This document shows, in pieces, positions 19,623 to 30,504 of a stretch of 64,000 nucleotides of DNA. The position numbers and the translations under genes were made by a program. The first letter of the stretch is position 1, and each line of letters begins with the position of its first letter. The stretch comes from Sulfurospirillum sp. UBA12182 (GTDB taxonomy: Bacteria; Campylobacterota; Campylobacteria; Campylobacterales; Sulfurospirillaceae): assembly GCA_002742765.1 (NCBI GenBank), contig DLUF01000059.1, positions 125 to 64,124 of the forward strand, in the 5' to 3' direction. A model generated the notes under the pieces. That model saw only the letters and a list, made by a program, of their open reading frames with translations, was not told where the DNA came from and made no database searches.

Positions 19623-21443
19623 ATGTCTCAAGCAATGCTTAAAACTTTAGCAGCAACTTCGGTCGTGGCTCTAGCTTTTACTGGCTGTGTGTCCAATACA
19701 CCAAAACCATCGCAAAGTGCTCATAATGAAATATACTTTAAACCTGTTATGGCACCAACAAAGGATGAACAAAAGAAAAAAATCATGACTTCAAGTGAAG
19801 TAGTGATCAATGGAGAAGTTCATAAAATAGGTTGGCATACCATCGCTAGAACAGGACAAAAACTTCCTAGCCTTGATGGAAAATCTATGGAAATTTTCGG
19901 GCAAGTGAAAAATCAAGCAGGAGTTCCAATCTCTCATAAAGACGGAAGCCCATTTGTTTGTAAGACAAGTAAAGATGGTTCAGGACCTGATCATACTACG
20001 CTTCATGAGTTAAATGGCAATCTTTTTGCTATCACACAGTTTGAGTGTGGACCAGGAGCTATGTACATCTCAAAACTAGAAAAAACAAAAGAGGGTGGAC
20101 TCAAAGCAGTTGCTACTAGTCATATCTCTCAAGCTGGATATTATGGTGGTTGGGTACATTGTGCTGGTATGAAAACTCCTTGGGGAAGTCACCTAGGAAG
20201 TGAAGAGTATGAGCCAAATGCAAGAGCATTAGCAAAAGACGAATACTACTACAACTTTTCACTCTACTTTAAAGATGGAGAAAAAGCTCTGAACCCTTAC
20301 TACTGGGGCTGGACACCAGAAGTAACTATAAAAAATGACAAGGGTGAAACAGAGTATGTAAAACACTACGCTATGGGAAGATTTGCTCATGAATTAGCTT
20401 ATGTTATGCCAGATTCTAAAACAGTTTATTTAACTGATGATGGGGCTAATGGAGCTTTATTTATGTTTATAGCAGATAAAGAGGCTGATTTGAGTGCAGG
20501 GACTCTTTATACAGCTAAATTAAATCAAAAAAGCGACCTTAATGGCGGGGAATTTGATATAGAGTGGATTAACCTTGGTCATGCAAATGATGGACAAATC
20601 AAAACTTTTATCGACAAAAAACTCTCTTTTGAAGATATGTTTGAAGTTGCAAAAGATGACAATGGTGTCTGTCCAGCAGGATTTACATCAGTCAATACTA
20701 CTCCTGGTATGGAGTGTCTAAAACTAAAACCAGGTATGGCTCTTGTCGCTTCAAGATTAGAATCAAGAAGATTCGCAGGCTATATGGGCGGTACAACTGA
20801 GTTTAATAAAAAAGAGGGAATTACCTTTGATAAAAAGAGAAATCAACTCTATATAGCTATTAGTAGAATCCAGTTAGGTATGGAAGATTTTAAGAAAAAA
20901 GGTGAGGCAAATTCAAAATACGATATCGGTGGTGGTAATCACATAAGACTTCCTAGAAATGACTGTGGTGGAGTTTACAAAATGGATATAGTCTCAAACA
21001 TGAAAGACACTAAGGGAGTCGCTATCAACAGTACTATGATTACTTCGAATTTTAAAGGTGAAGTAGTTGGTGAAATGAAAAAGTATCCAAAAGGAAGTGA
21101 ATTTGATGGAAACAAATGCTCAATTGCGGGCATTGCAGAACCAGATAATCTTACTTTCATAGGAAATTCAGATATCTTGATTATCGGTGAAGATACAGGA
21201 GCACATCAGATAGATTATATCTGGGCTTACAATGTAGAGACAAAAGATTTAACAAGAATTTTAACTTCACCGTATGGTTCTGAAACAACTTCGCCATTTT
21301 GGTATCCTAACATTGCAGGTAGTGGTTATTTGACAACTGTTATTCAGCATCCATTTGGAGAGAGTGACCAAGAGAAAAAAGATGCACCACAAGATATAGA
21401 GTCTTGGATCGGTGTTGTTGGACCATTCCCAGCGTTTGAGTAA
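19623..21443 (+). CDS. PhoX/DUF839-like secreted lipoprotein (putative phosphatase)
   Basis: Lipobox LAFTGC. HCAGMKTPWGSHLGSEE resembles the DUF839/PhoX NCAGGxTPWGT..EE block. AAGGAAAG lies upstream. Confidence 0.55.
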   Translation: MSQAMLKTLAATSVVALAFTGCVSNTPKPSQSAHNEIYFKPVMAPTKDEQKKKIMTSSEVVINGEVHKIGWHTIARTGQKLPSLDGKSMEIFGQVKNQAGVPISHKDGSPFVCKTSKDGSGPDHTTLHELNGNLFAITQFECGPGAMYISKLEKTKEGGLKAVATSHISQAGYYGGWVHCAGMKTPWGSHLGSEEYEPNARALAKDEYYYNFSLYFKDGEKALNPYYWGWTPEVTIKNDKGETEYVKHYAMGRFAHELAYVMPDSKTVYLTDDGANGALFMFIADKEADLSAGTLYTAKLNQKSDLNGGEFDIEWINLGHANDGQIKTFIDKKLSFEDMFEVAKDDNGVCPAGFTSVNTTPGMECLKLKPGMALVASRLESRRFAGYMGGTTEFNKKEGITFDKKRNQLYIAISRIQLGMEDFKKKGEANSKYDIGGGNHIRLPRNDCGGVYKMDIVSNMKDTKGVAINSTMITSNFKGEVVGEMKKYPKGSEFDGNKCSIAGIAEPDNLTFIGNSDILIIGEDTGAHQIDYIWAYNVETKDLTRILTSPYGSETTSPFWYPNIAGSGYLTTVIQHPFGESDQEKKDAPQDIESWIGVVGPFPAFE

Positions 21444-21450
21444 GCAACTT

Positions 21451-21474
21451 TAGATGGGTGGAAGCACCCATCTA
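21451..21474. terminator. Hairpin between the convergent phoX-like gene and adk
   Basis: TAGATGGGTG-GAAG-CACCCATCTA, a perfect 10-bp stem. It ends 1 nt before the adk stop. No clear U-tract on either side. Confidence 0.5.
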
Positions 21475-22044
21475 CTAAATCATCTTTGTTATAAAATCTT
21501 CCATTTCATCTACAACAGTTTTGATGTCTCTCTCGCCGTTGATTACATGTAAAAGATTTTGAGAGTTATAAAAACTTTCGATTTGTTCTTTTGGTTCATA
21601 GTACACTTTTAAGCGGTTTTCAAAAACTTTGATATCATCATCTACACCACGATTACGCCCTAGAACTCTCTGTTTTGCTACTTCATCGCTTACATAAACA
21701 TCGATAACAGCTTTGAGTGTTATATCCTTTTGTTCTTTTAAAACGCTATCAAGTCCTATCATTTGTTCGACACTTCTAGGATAGCCATCTACTAAAACAA
21801 TCTCTTCTTTTGAATTTCTAATAACATTTATGATGGCTTCAAGAGCTATTGCAACAGGGACTATCTCCCCTTTGCTGATAATTTCTTCGATTTTTTTACC
21901 CAGTTCACTGCCACTTTCTACAACAGAGCGAAGTAGCTCACCTGTTGAGTAGTGAGCTATATTTTCGTTATTTTGAGCGATAAGCCCAGCATCAGTCGTT
22001 TTTCCACTGCCAGGTGCACCGATAATCAAAAATAGTGATTTCAT
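21475..22044 (-). CDS. adk: Adenylate kinase (short form)
   Basis: P-loop GAPGSGKTT, then ...YSTGELLR..., ...VDGYPRS.... Confidence 0.9.
   Translation of the reverse strand: MKSLFLIIGAPGSGKTTDAGLIAQNNENIAHYSTGELLRSVVESGSELGKKIEEIISKGEIVPVAIALEAIINVIRNSKEEIVLVDGYPRSVEQMIGLDSVLKEQKDITLKAVIDVYVSDEVAKQRVLGRNRGVDDDIKVFENRLKVYYEPKEQIESFYNSQNLLHVINGERDIKTVVDEMEDFITKMI
21542..21553. repeat. Iterated palindrome copy (1 mismatch)
   Basis: aTTACATGTAAA in adk, read as LHVI. Confidence 0.9.
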
Positions 22045-22050
22045 ATTTGC

Positions 22051-23799
22051 TTACGCTTTTGGTTTTTCTCTTAGACGGATACCCAAGTCTCTTAATTGTT
22101 CGTTTTCTACTGGACTTGGAGCTTGTGTTAAAAGACACTGAGCACGTTGTGTTTTAGGGAATGCGATAACATCACGGATACTCTCACTCTTAGTAAGTAG
22201 CATGATAAGTCTATCAAGCCCCATAGCAAGACCACCATGTGGAGGCGCTCCAAATTTGAGTGCATCGAGTAAGAATTTGAATTTTTCGTTTGCCTCTTCA
22301 TCGCTGATACCAAGAAGTTCAAAAACTTTTTGCTGAATCTCTTTTTTATGGATACGGATACTACCACCACCAAGTTCAACACCGTTAAGTACTACATCAT
22401 AAGCGATACTCTCCATCTCATCGATTGGAGCATCTAAATCCTTAGGCATTGTGAAAGGATGGTGCAATGCTTTTACTTTTCCCTCAGCAATTTCAAACAT
22501 TTCAAAGTCCACAACCCATAAAAATTCAAAAACATCTTCAGGGATAATGTTCATCTCATTTGCTAAGAAAATTCTAAATCTTCCCATATAATCAAGTACA
22601 AGTGACTTAGCACCTGCTCCAAAAAATACAGCATCACCAACTTGCAAATCACAAACTTTGATAATCTCTTCTAAGTCACTCTCTTCAAAGAATTTTGTCA
22701 GTGGACCTTTGAGCCCATCTTCTTTCATCTGGAAGTATCCAAGTCCTGAAGCACCGAATTTTCTTACATAATCTTCAAAGCCTTTCATTTGGCGTTTTGA
22801 AAAGATATTGTCTCCATTTGGAACTCTTAGAGCTTTGATACGGTTTTTCTTTTTATCTTTTGCGATACTTGAGAAGATTTCGTTAGAGCATCTCTCAAAA
22901 ATATCAATAACATCTACCATCGCTAAATCATATCTTAGGTCAGGTTTGTCAGAGCCATATTTTTCCATCGCATCTTTGTATCTCATGCGTCTAAATGGAG
23001 TTTGAATCTCATGTCCACAAGCAGCAAAAATGTCTTTTAAAAGTGCTTCTGTTACTTCGATTACATCTTCTTGTGTACAAAAACTCATCTCGATATCTAT
23101 CTGGGTAAATTCTGGCTGTCTATCAGCTCTTAAATCTTCATCACGGAAACATTTTGCAATCTGAAAATATCTATCAAAACCTGAACACATCAAAAGTTGT
23201 TTGAAAAGTTGTGGGGATTGCGGAAGTGCAAAAAACTCTCCATTGTGTACACGGCTAGGCACTAGATAATCACGTGCTCCCTCAGGGGTTGACTTCGTTA
23301 AAATCGGAGTTTCAACTTCTAAGAAACCTCTGCTATCAAGCAAGTTTCTAGCAGCAATCGCTGCTTTACTTCTGAGTTTAAATGTTTCATATGCTTTTGG
23401 ATTTCTAAGATCTAAATAGCGATATTTGAGTCTTGTCTCTTCACCTACGCTGTTATCACCTATGACAAATGGTACAGGTTCACTTGCATTTTCTATAACA
23501 AGTTCTTCTACGACTATCTCGATTTTTCCTGTTTTTAGTCTAGGATTTTCTAAACCCTCACCTCTAGCTCTTACTTTTCCTTTAGCTCGTAAAACATACT
23601 CATCTCTTACTTTGTTTGCTATTTCATGAGCTTCTTTACTATCTGCTGGATCACAAACTAACTGAACTAAACCGCTTTTGTCTCGGAGGTCTATAAAAAT
23701 AACTCCACCATGGTCACGGCTGTTATTGCTCCAACCGCAAACTTCAACAATCTCACCTATGTTTTTTTCATCTATATCTGTACAGTAATGACTTCTCAA
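22051..23799 (-). CDS. aspS: Aspartate--tRNA ligase
   Basis: OB-fold N-terminus and class II motifs ([29 protein letters not shown]). Confidence 0.9.
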   Translation of the reverse strand: MRSHYCTDIDEKNIGEIVEVCGWSNNSRDHGGVIFIDLRDKSGLVQLVCDPADSKEAHEIANKVRDEYVLRAKGKVRARGEGLENPRLKTGKIEIVVEELVIENASEPVPFVIGDNSVGEETRLKYRYLDLRNPKAYETFKLRSKAAIAARNLLDSRGFLEVETPILTKSTPEGARDYLVPSRVHNGEFFALPQSPQLFKQLLMCSGFDRYFQIAKCFRDEDLRADRQPEFTQIDIEMSFCTQEDVIEVTEALLKDIFAACGHEIQTPFRRMRYKDAMEKYGSDKPDLRYDLAMVDVIDIFERCSNEIFSSIAKDKKKNRIKALRVPNGDNIFSKRQMKGFEDYVRKFGASGLGYFQMKEDGLKGPLTKFFEESDLEEIIKVCDLQVGDAVFFGAGAKSLVLDYMGRFRIFLANEMNIIPEDVFEFLWVVDFEMFEIAEGKVKALHHPFTMPKDLDAPIDEMESIAYDVVLNGVELGGGSIRIHKKEIQQKVFELLGISDEEANEKFKFLLDALKFGAPPHGGLAMGLDRLIMLLTKSESIRDVIAFPKTQRAQCLLTQAPSPVENEQLRDLGIRLREKPKA

Positions 23800-23939
23800 A
23801 GCTTTATTCCCTAGTTTCTATATTTTTCAAAAGGTTTTATTATAGCAAAATATATCTTTATCTTAGTTAAGCTATAAATTTTTACATCAAGTTAATTTTA
23901 AAAGGGTAAAATACTAAAAATGAAAATTATGGGGTTTTT

Positions 23940-24797
23940 ATGCATATTGTAGCTGTTTTGGCAAAAGTCGGCTTAGTTTATATCGGGGCAATTTTTTTGA
24001 TTTTTGCTCTTTTCCCTATAAGAGAGCTTATCGCCCAATTACCAAAGGGTAAATTGAAAACAAACTGGATAACCTTAGCAACTCTTATCGTTATTTTTAT
24101 CGTTGGTTATCTTTTTTATGCGACAGATTATTGGCTAGATCACGACCACAATGATGGATTTGATTTGGTAGTTCCTTTTATCTTCTTTTTTGGTGGAATT
24201 TTTGTTTTTTTAGTGGGAAAACTCTCTTTAAAAACAGCTAGTGATATGAGAAAAATGGCTATCTTAGAACATCAAAGTATTACAGACTCTTTGATGGGAA
24301 TAAACAACCGAAGGTATTTTGATCAAGCTTTAGATGATGAAGTAAAAATTGCGAAGCGTTATGGTTTACCTCTTGCTTTGATATTGGTTGATGTGGATAG
24401 GTTTAAAGATGTTAACGATACACATGGTCATCTTATCGGCGATGAAGTTTTAAGAAATCTTGCAAAAGCAATCAAAAATATAGCCAGAGAGTCTGATGTG
24501 GTATGCCGTTATGGAGGAGAAGAGATAGCTATCATAACACCAAATACCTCTTTAGAAAAAGCTATGATTTTGGCTAAACGTTTGAATGAAACTGTCAAAA
24601 AATCAACAATGGCTCTATCTTGTGCTTCTCAAGAAGAGATTTATATCACGATAAGTTTGGGTGTGAGTTCTTTAAACTTTGGTGAAGTATCTAGTAGAGA
24701 AAATTTACTCCAACGAGCAGACAATGCCCTTTATGATGCAAAGAGAAATGGACGTGATAGAGTAGTAACGCTTCAAGATAGTGAAAAAGGCTCATAA
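23940..24797 (+). CDS. Membrane-anchored diguanylate cyclase (GGDEF)
   Basis: Three or four N-terminal TMs. GGDEF domain with variant GGEEI preceded by an RxxD I-site (RESD). Confidence 0.75.
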   Translation: MHIVAVLAKVGLVYIGAIFLIFALFPIRELIAQLPKGKLKTNWITLATLIVIFIVGYLFYATDYWLDHDHNDGFDLVVPFIFFFGGIFVFLVGKLSLKTASDMRKMAILEHQSITDSLMGINNRRYFDQALDDEVKIAKRYGLPLALILVDVDRFKDVNDTHGHLIGDEVLRNLAKAIKNIARESDVVCRYGGEEIAIITPNTSLEKAMILAKRLNETVKKSTMALSCASQEEIYITISLGVSSLNFGEVSSRENLLQRADNALYDAKRNGRDRVVTLQDSEKGS

Positions 24798-25681
24798 TGA
24801 AGATAATAAAAACAGATGAAAAACTTGATAAGATAGAGTTTGTTGGCTTAATTAGTAAGCCAAATGACTCCTCTTTGAAGCCATACTATGAGACACTCAA
24901 AAAATGCTTAAAAAAGCATAATGTAGAGCTACTTGTAGATAGCTTGAGTGCTGCTCTTTTTGGTGTTGAGGGTGTTTCATTTGAGCAAATGTGCCAAAAA
25001 TCTGATTTTCTTGTCTCTTTAGGTGGTGATGGGACTTTGTTATCCCTTTGCCGAAGAAGTTTTGCTTACAAAAAACCGATTTTAGGAATTTATGCAGGAA
25101 ATTTGGGCTTTTTAACTGATATCAAATCCAGCGAAATTGAAGCTTTTGTAGAGAAGATTTTTACAAAAGAGTACAGGATAGATACGAGGATGCTTTTAGA
25201 AGTGACCTTGCATAAAAAGTCATTTGACATAGAAGAGAAACTAGTTGCTTTTAATGATGTTGTTTTTTCACGTGCTAAAATCGCAGGTATGACTACGATT
25301 AGGGCTTATATAGAAAATGAGCTTTTTAACTCTTATCATGGAGACGGACTCATTGTTTCAACTCCTACTGGTTCTACCGCGTACAACATCTCAGCAGGTG
25401 GTCCTATCGTCTATCCACTTACAGAAGCTTTGATACTCACGCCAGTGTGTCCTCACTCGCTTACACAAAGACCTCTTGTTTTGCCTGTTAATTTTGAAGT
25501 TGAGTTTAAGAGTGAAGACAAAGACACACTTATCGTTGTAGATGGACAAGATACTTATGAAATGGGTGATTTTGAGTCTATTCGGATAAAGATTGCAGAT
25601 AGTGGTGCAAAGCTGATTCATAGGCTAGATCGTGACTATTTTGAAGTTTTAAAAGATAAATTACATTGGGGAAATGTATGA
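24797..25681 (+). CDS. nadK: NAD kinase
   Basis: GGDGTLL motif and ...STPTGSTAYNISAGGPI.... Confidence 0.85.
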   Translation: MKIIKTDEKLDKIEFVGLISKPNDSSLKPYYETLKKCLKKHNVELLVDSLSAALFGVEGVSFEQMCQKSDFLVSLGGDGTLLSLCRRSFAYKKPILGIYAGNLGFLTDIKSSEIEAFVEKIFTKEYRIDTRMLLEVTLHKKSFDIEEKLVAFNDVVFSRAKIAGMTTIRAYIENELFNSYHGDGLIVSTPTGSTAYNISAGGPIVYPLTEALILTPVCPHSLTQRPLVLPVNFEVEFKSEDKDTLIVVDGQDTYEMGDFESIRIKIADSGAKLIHRLDRDYFEVLKDKLHWGNV

Positions 25682-27204
25682 TAGAGAGAGTTTTGATTAG
25701 AAATCATTTAAGCTTTAAAGAGTGTGAACTCAATTTTGATAAAGGCTTGATAGCTTTTAGTGGGCCTAGTGGTGCTGGAAAATCAGTTTTGATGCAAGCA
25801 TTGCTCTCTTTGTTCGGATTTTATGATGCTAATGCTTCTTTGGTAGAGGCTGTTGTAACTAAAAATTTGGATTTGCAAAGATATGGCTTAGAAGACGATG
25901 AACCAAATGTTTTTAAGCTTATCAAAGATAAAAGCACTCGATATTTTATCAATTTACAGAATGTTTCTCGTAAAAATATGTCACAAATTGCTACTGAGTT
26001 TTTGGGTTATCTATCTGTGAGAAGTGAAAATGAGTTTGAAAATGAAAAATTAATCGTTCTTCTTGACGCACTTATAGCCACTAAAGAGGCTTTACATGTA
26101 AAAGAAGTTTTGGTATTTGAAGAGCTTTTTTTAGAGTATCAAAAAGAGCAAAAAAAGCTTTTTGAATTGGAAGAAAAAGAGAAAAAGATAGAGGAGCTAA
26201 AAGAGTTTGCCTCCTTTGAGATAGCCAAGATAGAAGAAGTTTCTCCTAAAGTTGGAGAGGATGAAGAGTTGATGGCTTTTAAACGTTCTTTATCTAAAAA
26301 AGAGAAGATTGAACAGGCTTTAGCACTTGCTAGTGAAATTTTTAATTATGAATCTTATGTCAATGAAGCTTTGAGTCTTATGGAAAAAGAGAGTGGTTTT
26401 TTTGATGAAGCGATGAATGAACTAAGGGCTTTATTTGAAGAGCAAAATGAGAGATTAAATGATTTAGAAGAGTGTGATGTTGAGAGTTTGCTTGATAGAA
26501 TCGAGAAGATTTCTACTTTAAAAAACAGACACGGCTCAATCGAGGAGGTTTTAGCTTATAAAAAGAAAAAAGAAGAAGAGTTAGCTGAGTATGAACAAAT
26601 TACTTTTACGAAAGACTCTTTGATAAAATCTGTGCAAGAGAAGAGAAATTCTTTACTTTTAAAAGCTAAAAAAATCTCTGAAAAAAGAGCGAAAAAGATA
26701 GACTCTTTAAATGAAAAAATCAATTCTTATTTAGACCAGTTATATATGCCAAAAGTTTCTATCTTGCAAAAAGAGGTTGAGTTATACGAAAAAGGGAGTG
26801 ATTTTTTAGAGTTAGAACTTGGAAATATCAACATTAAAAAGATAAGTTCAGGTGAGTATAACAGACTTCGTTTGGCGTTTATCGCAACTAGTAGTGACCT
26901 GCTTAAAGTTGGCTCTGGGGTTTTAATCCTTGATGAGATTGATGCGAATTTAAGTGGGAAAGAGTCGATGAGCGTAGCAAATGTTTTAAAAAGGATATCT
27001 TCAAGATACCAAATTTTTGCCATCTCTCATCAGCCTCAACTCTCTTCTCAAGCAGATATGCACTTTTTGGTTACAAAAGAAGCAGGGCAAAGTAGTGTAA
27101 AACTCTTAGATAAAGAAAGTAGGATTATAGAGTTAGCAAGAATGGTTAGTGGGGAGAGCGTGAGTGAAGAAGCTCTTAGTTTTGCAAAAACATTGATGGA
27201 TTAA
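25678..27204 (+). CDS. recN: DNA repair protein RecN
   Basis: Start set to ATG 25678 (ATGA overlap with nadK). Walker A GPSGAGKSV, long coiled coil and a C-terminal LILDEIDANL. Confidence 0.8.
   Translation: MIERVLIRNHLSFKECELNFDKGLIAFSGPSGAGKSVLMQALLSLFGFYDANASLVEAVVTKNLDLQRYGLEDDEPNVFKLIKDKSTRYFINLQNVSRKNMSQIATEFLGYLSVRSENEFENEKLIVLLDALIATKEALHVKEVLVFEELFLEYQKEQKKLFELEEKEKKIEELKEFASFEIAKIEEVSPKVGEDEELMAFKRSLSKKEKIEQALALASEIFNYESYVNEALSLMEKESGFFDEAMNELRALFEEQNERLNDLEECDVESLLDRIEKISTLKNRHGSIEEVLAYKKKKEEELAEYEQITFTKDSLIKSVQEKRNSLLLKAKKISEKRAKKIDSLNEKINSYLDQLYMPKVSILQKEVELYEKGSDFLELELGNINIKKISSGEYNRLRLAFIATSSDLLKVGSGVLILDEIDANLSGKESMSVANVLKRISSRYQIFAISHQPQLSSQADMHFLVTKEAGQSSVKLLDKESRIIELARMVSGESVSEEALSFAKTLMD
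26091..26102. repeat. Iterated palindrome copy (perfect)
   Basis: In recN, read as LHVK. Confidence 0.95.
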
Positions 27205-27212
27205 GGAAATAG

Positions 27213-28469
27213 ATGCAAGAAATAGAAAAGATTTTAATCGTTGAGGATAACAAAGCATTATCAAAGCTTATAGCCAAAAAGATTGGTGCACAGATAAATT
27301 TTGAAGTTGATATCGCTCACTCTTTTGGTGAAGCACAAAATTTACTCAGTCAAAACAAGGACTATTTTGTAGCGCTTCTTGATTTGAATCTTCCAGATGC
27401 ACCAAACGGTGAAATCGTAAAGTACGTTACTTCCAAAAAAATCCCGTCCATCGTCCTAACAGGCAACATAGATGCAAAAGTAAGAGAAGAGATTATGAGT
27501 CAAGATGTGATTGATTATGTCTTTAAAGGCAATATGGATGATGTAAATTACATTTTTGGATTGATTGAGAGGCTCTCTAAAAATCGACAATATAAAGTTA
27601 TGGTTGTAGATGATTCTATAGTGACAAGAAATGAGGTAAAAAAGATTTTGCAAGAGCAAATGTTTCAAGTTTTTGCAGCAGCTCATGGTGAAGAAGCACT
27701 CTCATATTTGAGCGAACATAAAGATATAAGACTCATACTGACAGATTATCATATGCCAGTGATTGATGGCTTTGAGCTTAGTAAAAAGGTGAGAGAAATT
27801 TATAGTAAAACAGATTTGAGCATCATCGCTATGACTGCTGTTAGTGAAGAGCTCATTAGTTCAAGATTTTTAAAAATTGGTGCAAATGATTTTATCAATA
27901 AACCTTTTACAAAAGAGGAGTTAGTATGTCGGGTGAATAACTCGATTGAAACTTTAGAGTATATAGAAGCTATAAGCGATATGGCAAATACTGATTTTCT
28001 TACAGGCGTGAGTAATCGTAGATACTTTTTCAAGTTTGTAGAGAATTTTCTTCAAGAAGTTGACCCACATAAAAATCCTTTTGCTATCGCTATGCTTGAT
28101 ATTGATGATTTTAAGAAAATCAACGATACATACGGGCATGATGTCGGAGATATCGTGATAAAAAAATTGGCTCAAATCCTCAAAGAAAATACAAAAGGTT
28201 CTGACTTGATAGCTCGTTTTGGAGGAGAAGAGTTTTGTCTGTTCTTAAAAGATGTATCAAAAGAGCAAGCAGTAGAGTTTTTTGTTAAATTAAGAGCAAA
28301 GATAGCTCAAAGTATCCTTGATATAGATACAAAAAAGATTCATTTTACTGTATCTATCGGAGTGGCTTTCAGTGATGAAGAAAGTTTTGAAGAGATGTTA
28401 AATCAAGCAGATATGGCACTTTACGGTGCGAAGAAAAATGGAAAAAATAGAGTAGAAATAGCGGAGTAA
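27213..28469 (+). CDS. Response regulator with two REC domains and a GGDEF output
   Basis: REC-REC architecture (LLDLNLPD, LTDYHMPVIDG) followed by GGDEF with canonical GGEEF. Confidence 0.8.
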   Translation: MQEIEKILIVEDNKALSKLIAKKIGAQINFEVDIAHSFGEAQNLLSQNKDYFVALLDLNLPDAPNGEIVKYVTSKKIPSIVLTGNIDAKVREEIMSQDVIDYVFKGNMDDVNYIFGLIERLSKNRQYKVMVVDDSIVTRNEVKKILQEQMFQVFAAAHGEEALSYLSEHKDIRLILTDYHMPVIDGFELSKKVREIYSKTDLSIIAMTAVSEELISSRFLKIGANDFINKPFTKEELVCRVNNSIETLEYIEAISDMANTDFLTGVSNRRYFFKFVENFLQEVDPHKNPFAIAMLDIDDFKKINDTYGHDVGDIVIKKLAQILKENTKGSDLIARFGGEEFCLFLKDVSKEQAVEFFVKLRAKIAQSILDIDTKKIHFTVSIGVAFSDEESFEEMLNQADMALYGAKKNGKNRVEIAE

Positions 28470-28474
28470 ATGTA

Positions 28475-29251
28475 ATGATAATAGACACACACTGTCATTT
28501 GGATGATATAGGGTATGAAAATGACTTGGATGATGTTTTAAAAAATGCCAAGATGGAAGGAGTTTTTGGTGTTTTGATTCCTGGTGCTGCTATCAAAGAT
28601 TTACCAAAAGCAAGAGAAATTGCATATCAACATGAAAATATTTATTTTGCAGCTGGGATTCACCCGTATCACATAAAAGAGTATGATGAAGCAGTTTTAA
28701 AAGAGTTTTTAAAAGATGAAAGATGTATCGCTGTTGGAGAGTGTGGATTAGATTACTATCGTTTACCAGAAGATGAAGAGGAAAAAAAAACTGAAAAAGA
28801 GCATCAAAAAGAGATTTTTCGTTTACATGTAAGACTTGCTAGAGAGTTAAAAAAACCTTTGATTATCCATATCCGAGATGCAAATGAAGATAGTAAACAG
28901 ATTTTGATACAAGAAAAAGCAGGTGAAGTTGGAGGAGTTTTACACTGTTATAATGCAAGTGAACACCTCTTAGAACTTGCCCAACATGGATTTTATTTTG
29001 GAATTGGTGGAGTTATAACTTTTAAAAATGCTAAAAAACTTGTAGAGATTTTGCCAAAAATTCCTCTGGAGAGGATTCTTATCGAAACAGATGGACCTTA
29101 TCTAACGCCTCATCCTTTTAGGGGAAAAAGAAACGAACCTTCTTATACAAAATATGTCGTTGAAAAGATAGCACAAATCCTAGATTTAAGTGTTGATACA
29201 GTAGAAAAAATAACCACAAATAACGCAAAAACTCTTTTTAAAGAGTTTTAA
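28475..29251 (+). CDS. tatD: TatD-family metal-dependent DNase/hydrolase
   Basis: IIDTHCHL..., GECGLDY..., IHIRDA..., ETDGPYL. Confidence 0.85.
   Translation: MIIDTHCHLDDIGYENDLDDVLKNAKMEGVFGVLIPGAAIKDLPKAREIAYQHENIYFAAGIHPYHIKEYDEAVLKEFLKDERCIAVGECGLDYYRLPEDEEEKKTEKEHQKEIFRLHVRLARELKKPLIIHIRDANEDSKQILIQEKAGEVGGVLHCYNASEHLLELAQHGFYFGIGGVITFKNAKKLVEILPKIPLERILIETDGPYLTPHPFRGKRNEPSYTKYVVEKIAQILDLSVDTVEKITTNNAKTLFKEF
28822..28833. repeat. Iterated palindrome copy (1 mismatch)
   Basis: TTTACATGTAAg in tatD, read as LHVR. Confidence 0.9.
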
Positions 29252-29289
29252 GGTATCATTATTGCTTTATTGGCACAAAAAGGAGTTTG

Positions 29290-30504
29290 ATGTTTAGGAT
29301 AATATTTTTTATCGTGCTATGCTATCAAGGGTTATTTGCATTTTTAAGTACACAAAATAATTATCAAGAACAAGTGAGAGTTTTAAACAGTTTAGATATT
29401 GATTCAACGTTTCTAACAGATTCTGTTTTTATTTCCATGAAAGAAGATGTAAACCGCTACAAAACGAAACATTTTTTGAACGTTTTAGAAAATGGTCATA
29501 GGTTTGTTCCAGTGTTGCGAAAGATGATTAAAGAAGCTGGGATTCCTGATGCCTTTTTATATCTAGCAATGGCAGAATCGAATTTTGCTCCAACAGCTTA
29601 CTCAAAGGCCAGAGCAGTTGGACTTTGGCAGTTTATGCCTTATACTGCGGGGAAGTTTGGATTGAACATAGATTTGTATGTAGATGAGAGAAGAGACCCT
29701 ATCAAATCCACGCAAGCAGCTATAACATACTTAAAATACCTTCATGAAAGATTTGGAAAGTGGTATTTAGCTGCTATCGCTTATAATTGTGGTGAAGGTC
29801 GTGTTTCGTGGGCTATCAAACAAGCAGGAACAGATGATTTAGCAACTTTACTCATAAAAAATAAAAAATATATTCCAAGAGAGAGTAGACTGTATATAAG
29901 AAAAATTATGATGATGCAGCATTTAGCTACGAGTACGGATTTTATCGTTGAGAATGATGCTGGATACTTGATGAACCGTGGTAGCACAAACACTTTTACA
30001 AAAGTTATGGTAAAAGGTGGTACGACTTTAGATGAGATAGCTGAGAGCATAGGTGTCTCTAAAAAAGAGATAAGCTCATATAACCATCATTTACGCTATG
30101 GATTTACACCTCCTAATGATGGAGAATATCATGTTTATATCCCTTATGATAAGCAGACACTTTTTCATCAAAACTTTGATAACTCGCAAACTAAGGGTAG
30201 GTTTTATGTTCATGTGGTGAATAAAGGAGACTCCTTATACTCAATAGGCAAACACTATGGAATTTCATATAAGATTATCAAAGATTTTAACAATTTAAAA
30301 AACAATGTTTTAAGTATCAATGACAAATTAATTATCCCAGTAGTAAAGCCAAAAAATAGAGTTTATACGATTAAAAAGGGTGATACGATAGGAGAAATTT
30401 CTCAAAAGTATAATGTAGCTATAAATACGATTTTAAAAATTAACAATAAAAAAGATTCTATAATTGTACCAGGAGAGAAAATTGTTATCCCGTATACCTA
30501 CTAA
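29290..30504 (+). CDS. Membrane-bound lytic murein transglycosylase (MltD-like) with LysM repeats
   Basis: ATG 29290 lies after AAGGAG. SLT block AMAESNF...GLWQFMPYTA, and C-terminal LysM repeats (VVNKGDSLYSIGKHYG, YTIKKGDTIGEISQKY). Confidence 0.7.
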   Translation: MFRIIFFIVLCYQGLFAFLSTQNNYQEQVRVLNSLDIDSTFLTDSVFISMKEDVNRYKTKHFLNVLENGHRFVPVLRKMIKEAGIPDAFLYLAMAESNFAPTAYSKARAVGLWQFMPYTAGKFGLNIDLYVDERRDPIKSTQAAITYLKYLHERFGKWYLAAIAYNCGEGRVSWAIKQAGTDDLATLLIKNKKYIPRESRLYIRKIMMMQHLATSTDFIVENDAGYLMNRGSTNTFTKVMVKGGTTLDEIAESIGVSKKEISSYNHHLRYGFTPPNDGEYHVYIPYDKQTLFHQNFDNSQTKGRFYVHVVNKGDSLYSIGKHYGISYKIIKDFNNLKNNVLSINDKLIIPVVKPKNRVYTIKKGDTIGEISQKYNVAINTILKINNKKDSIIVPGEKIVIPYTY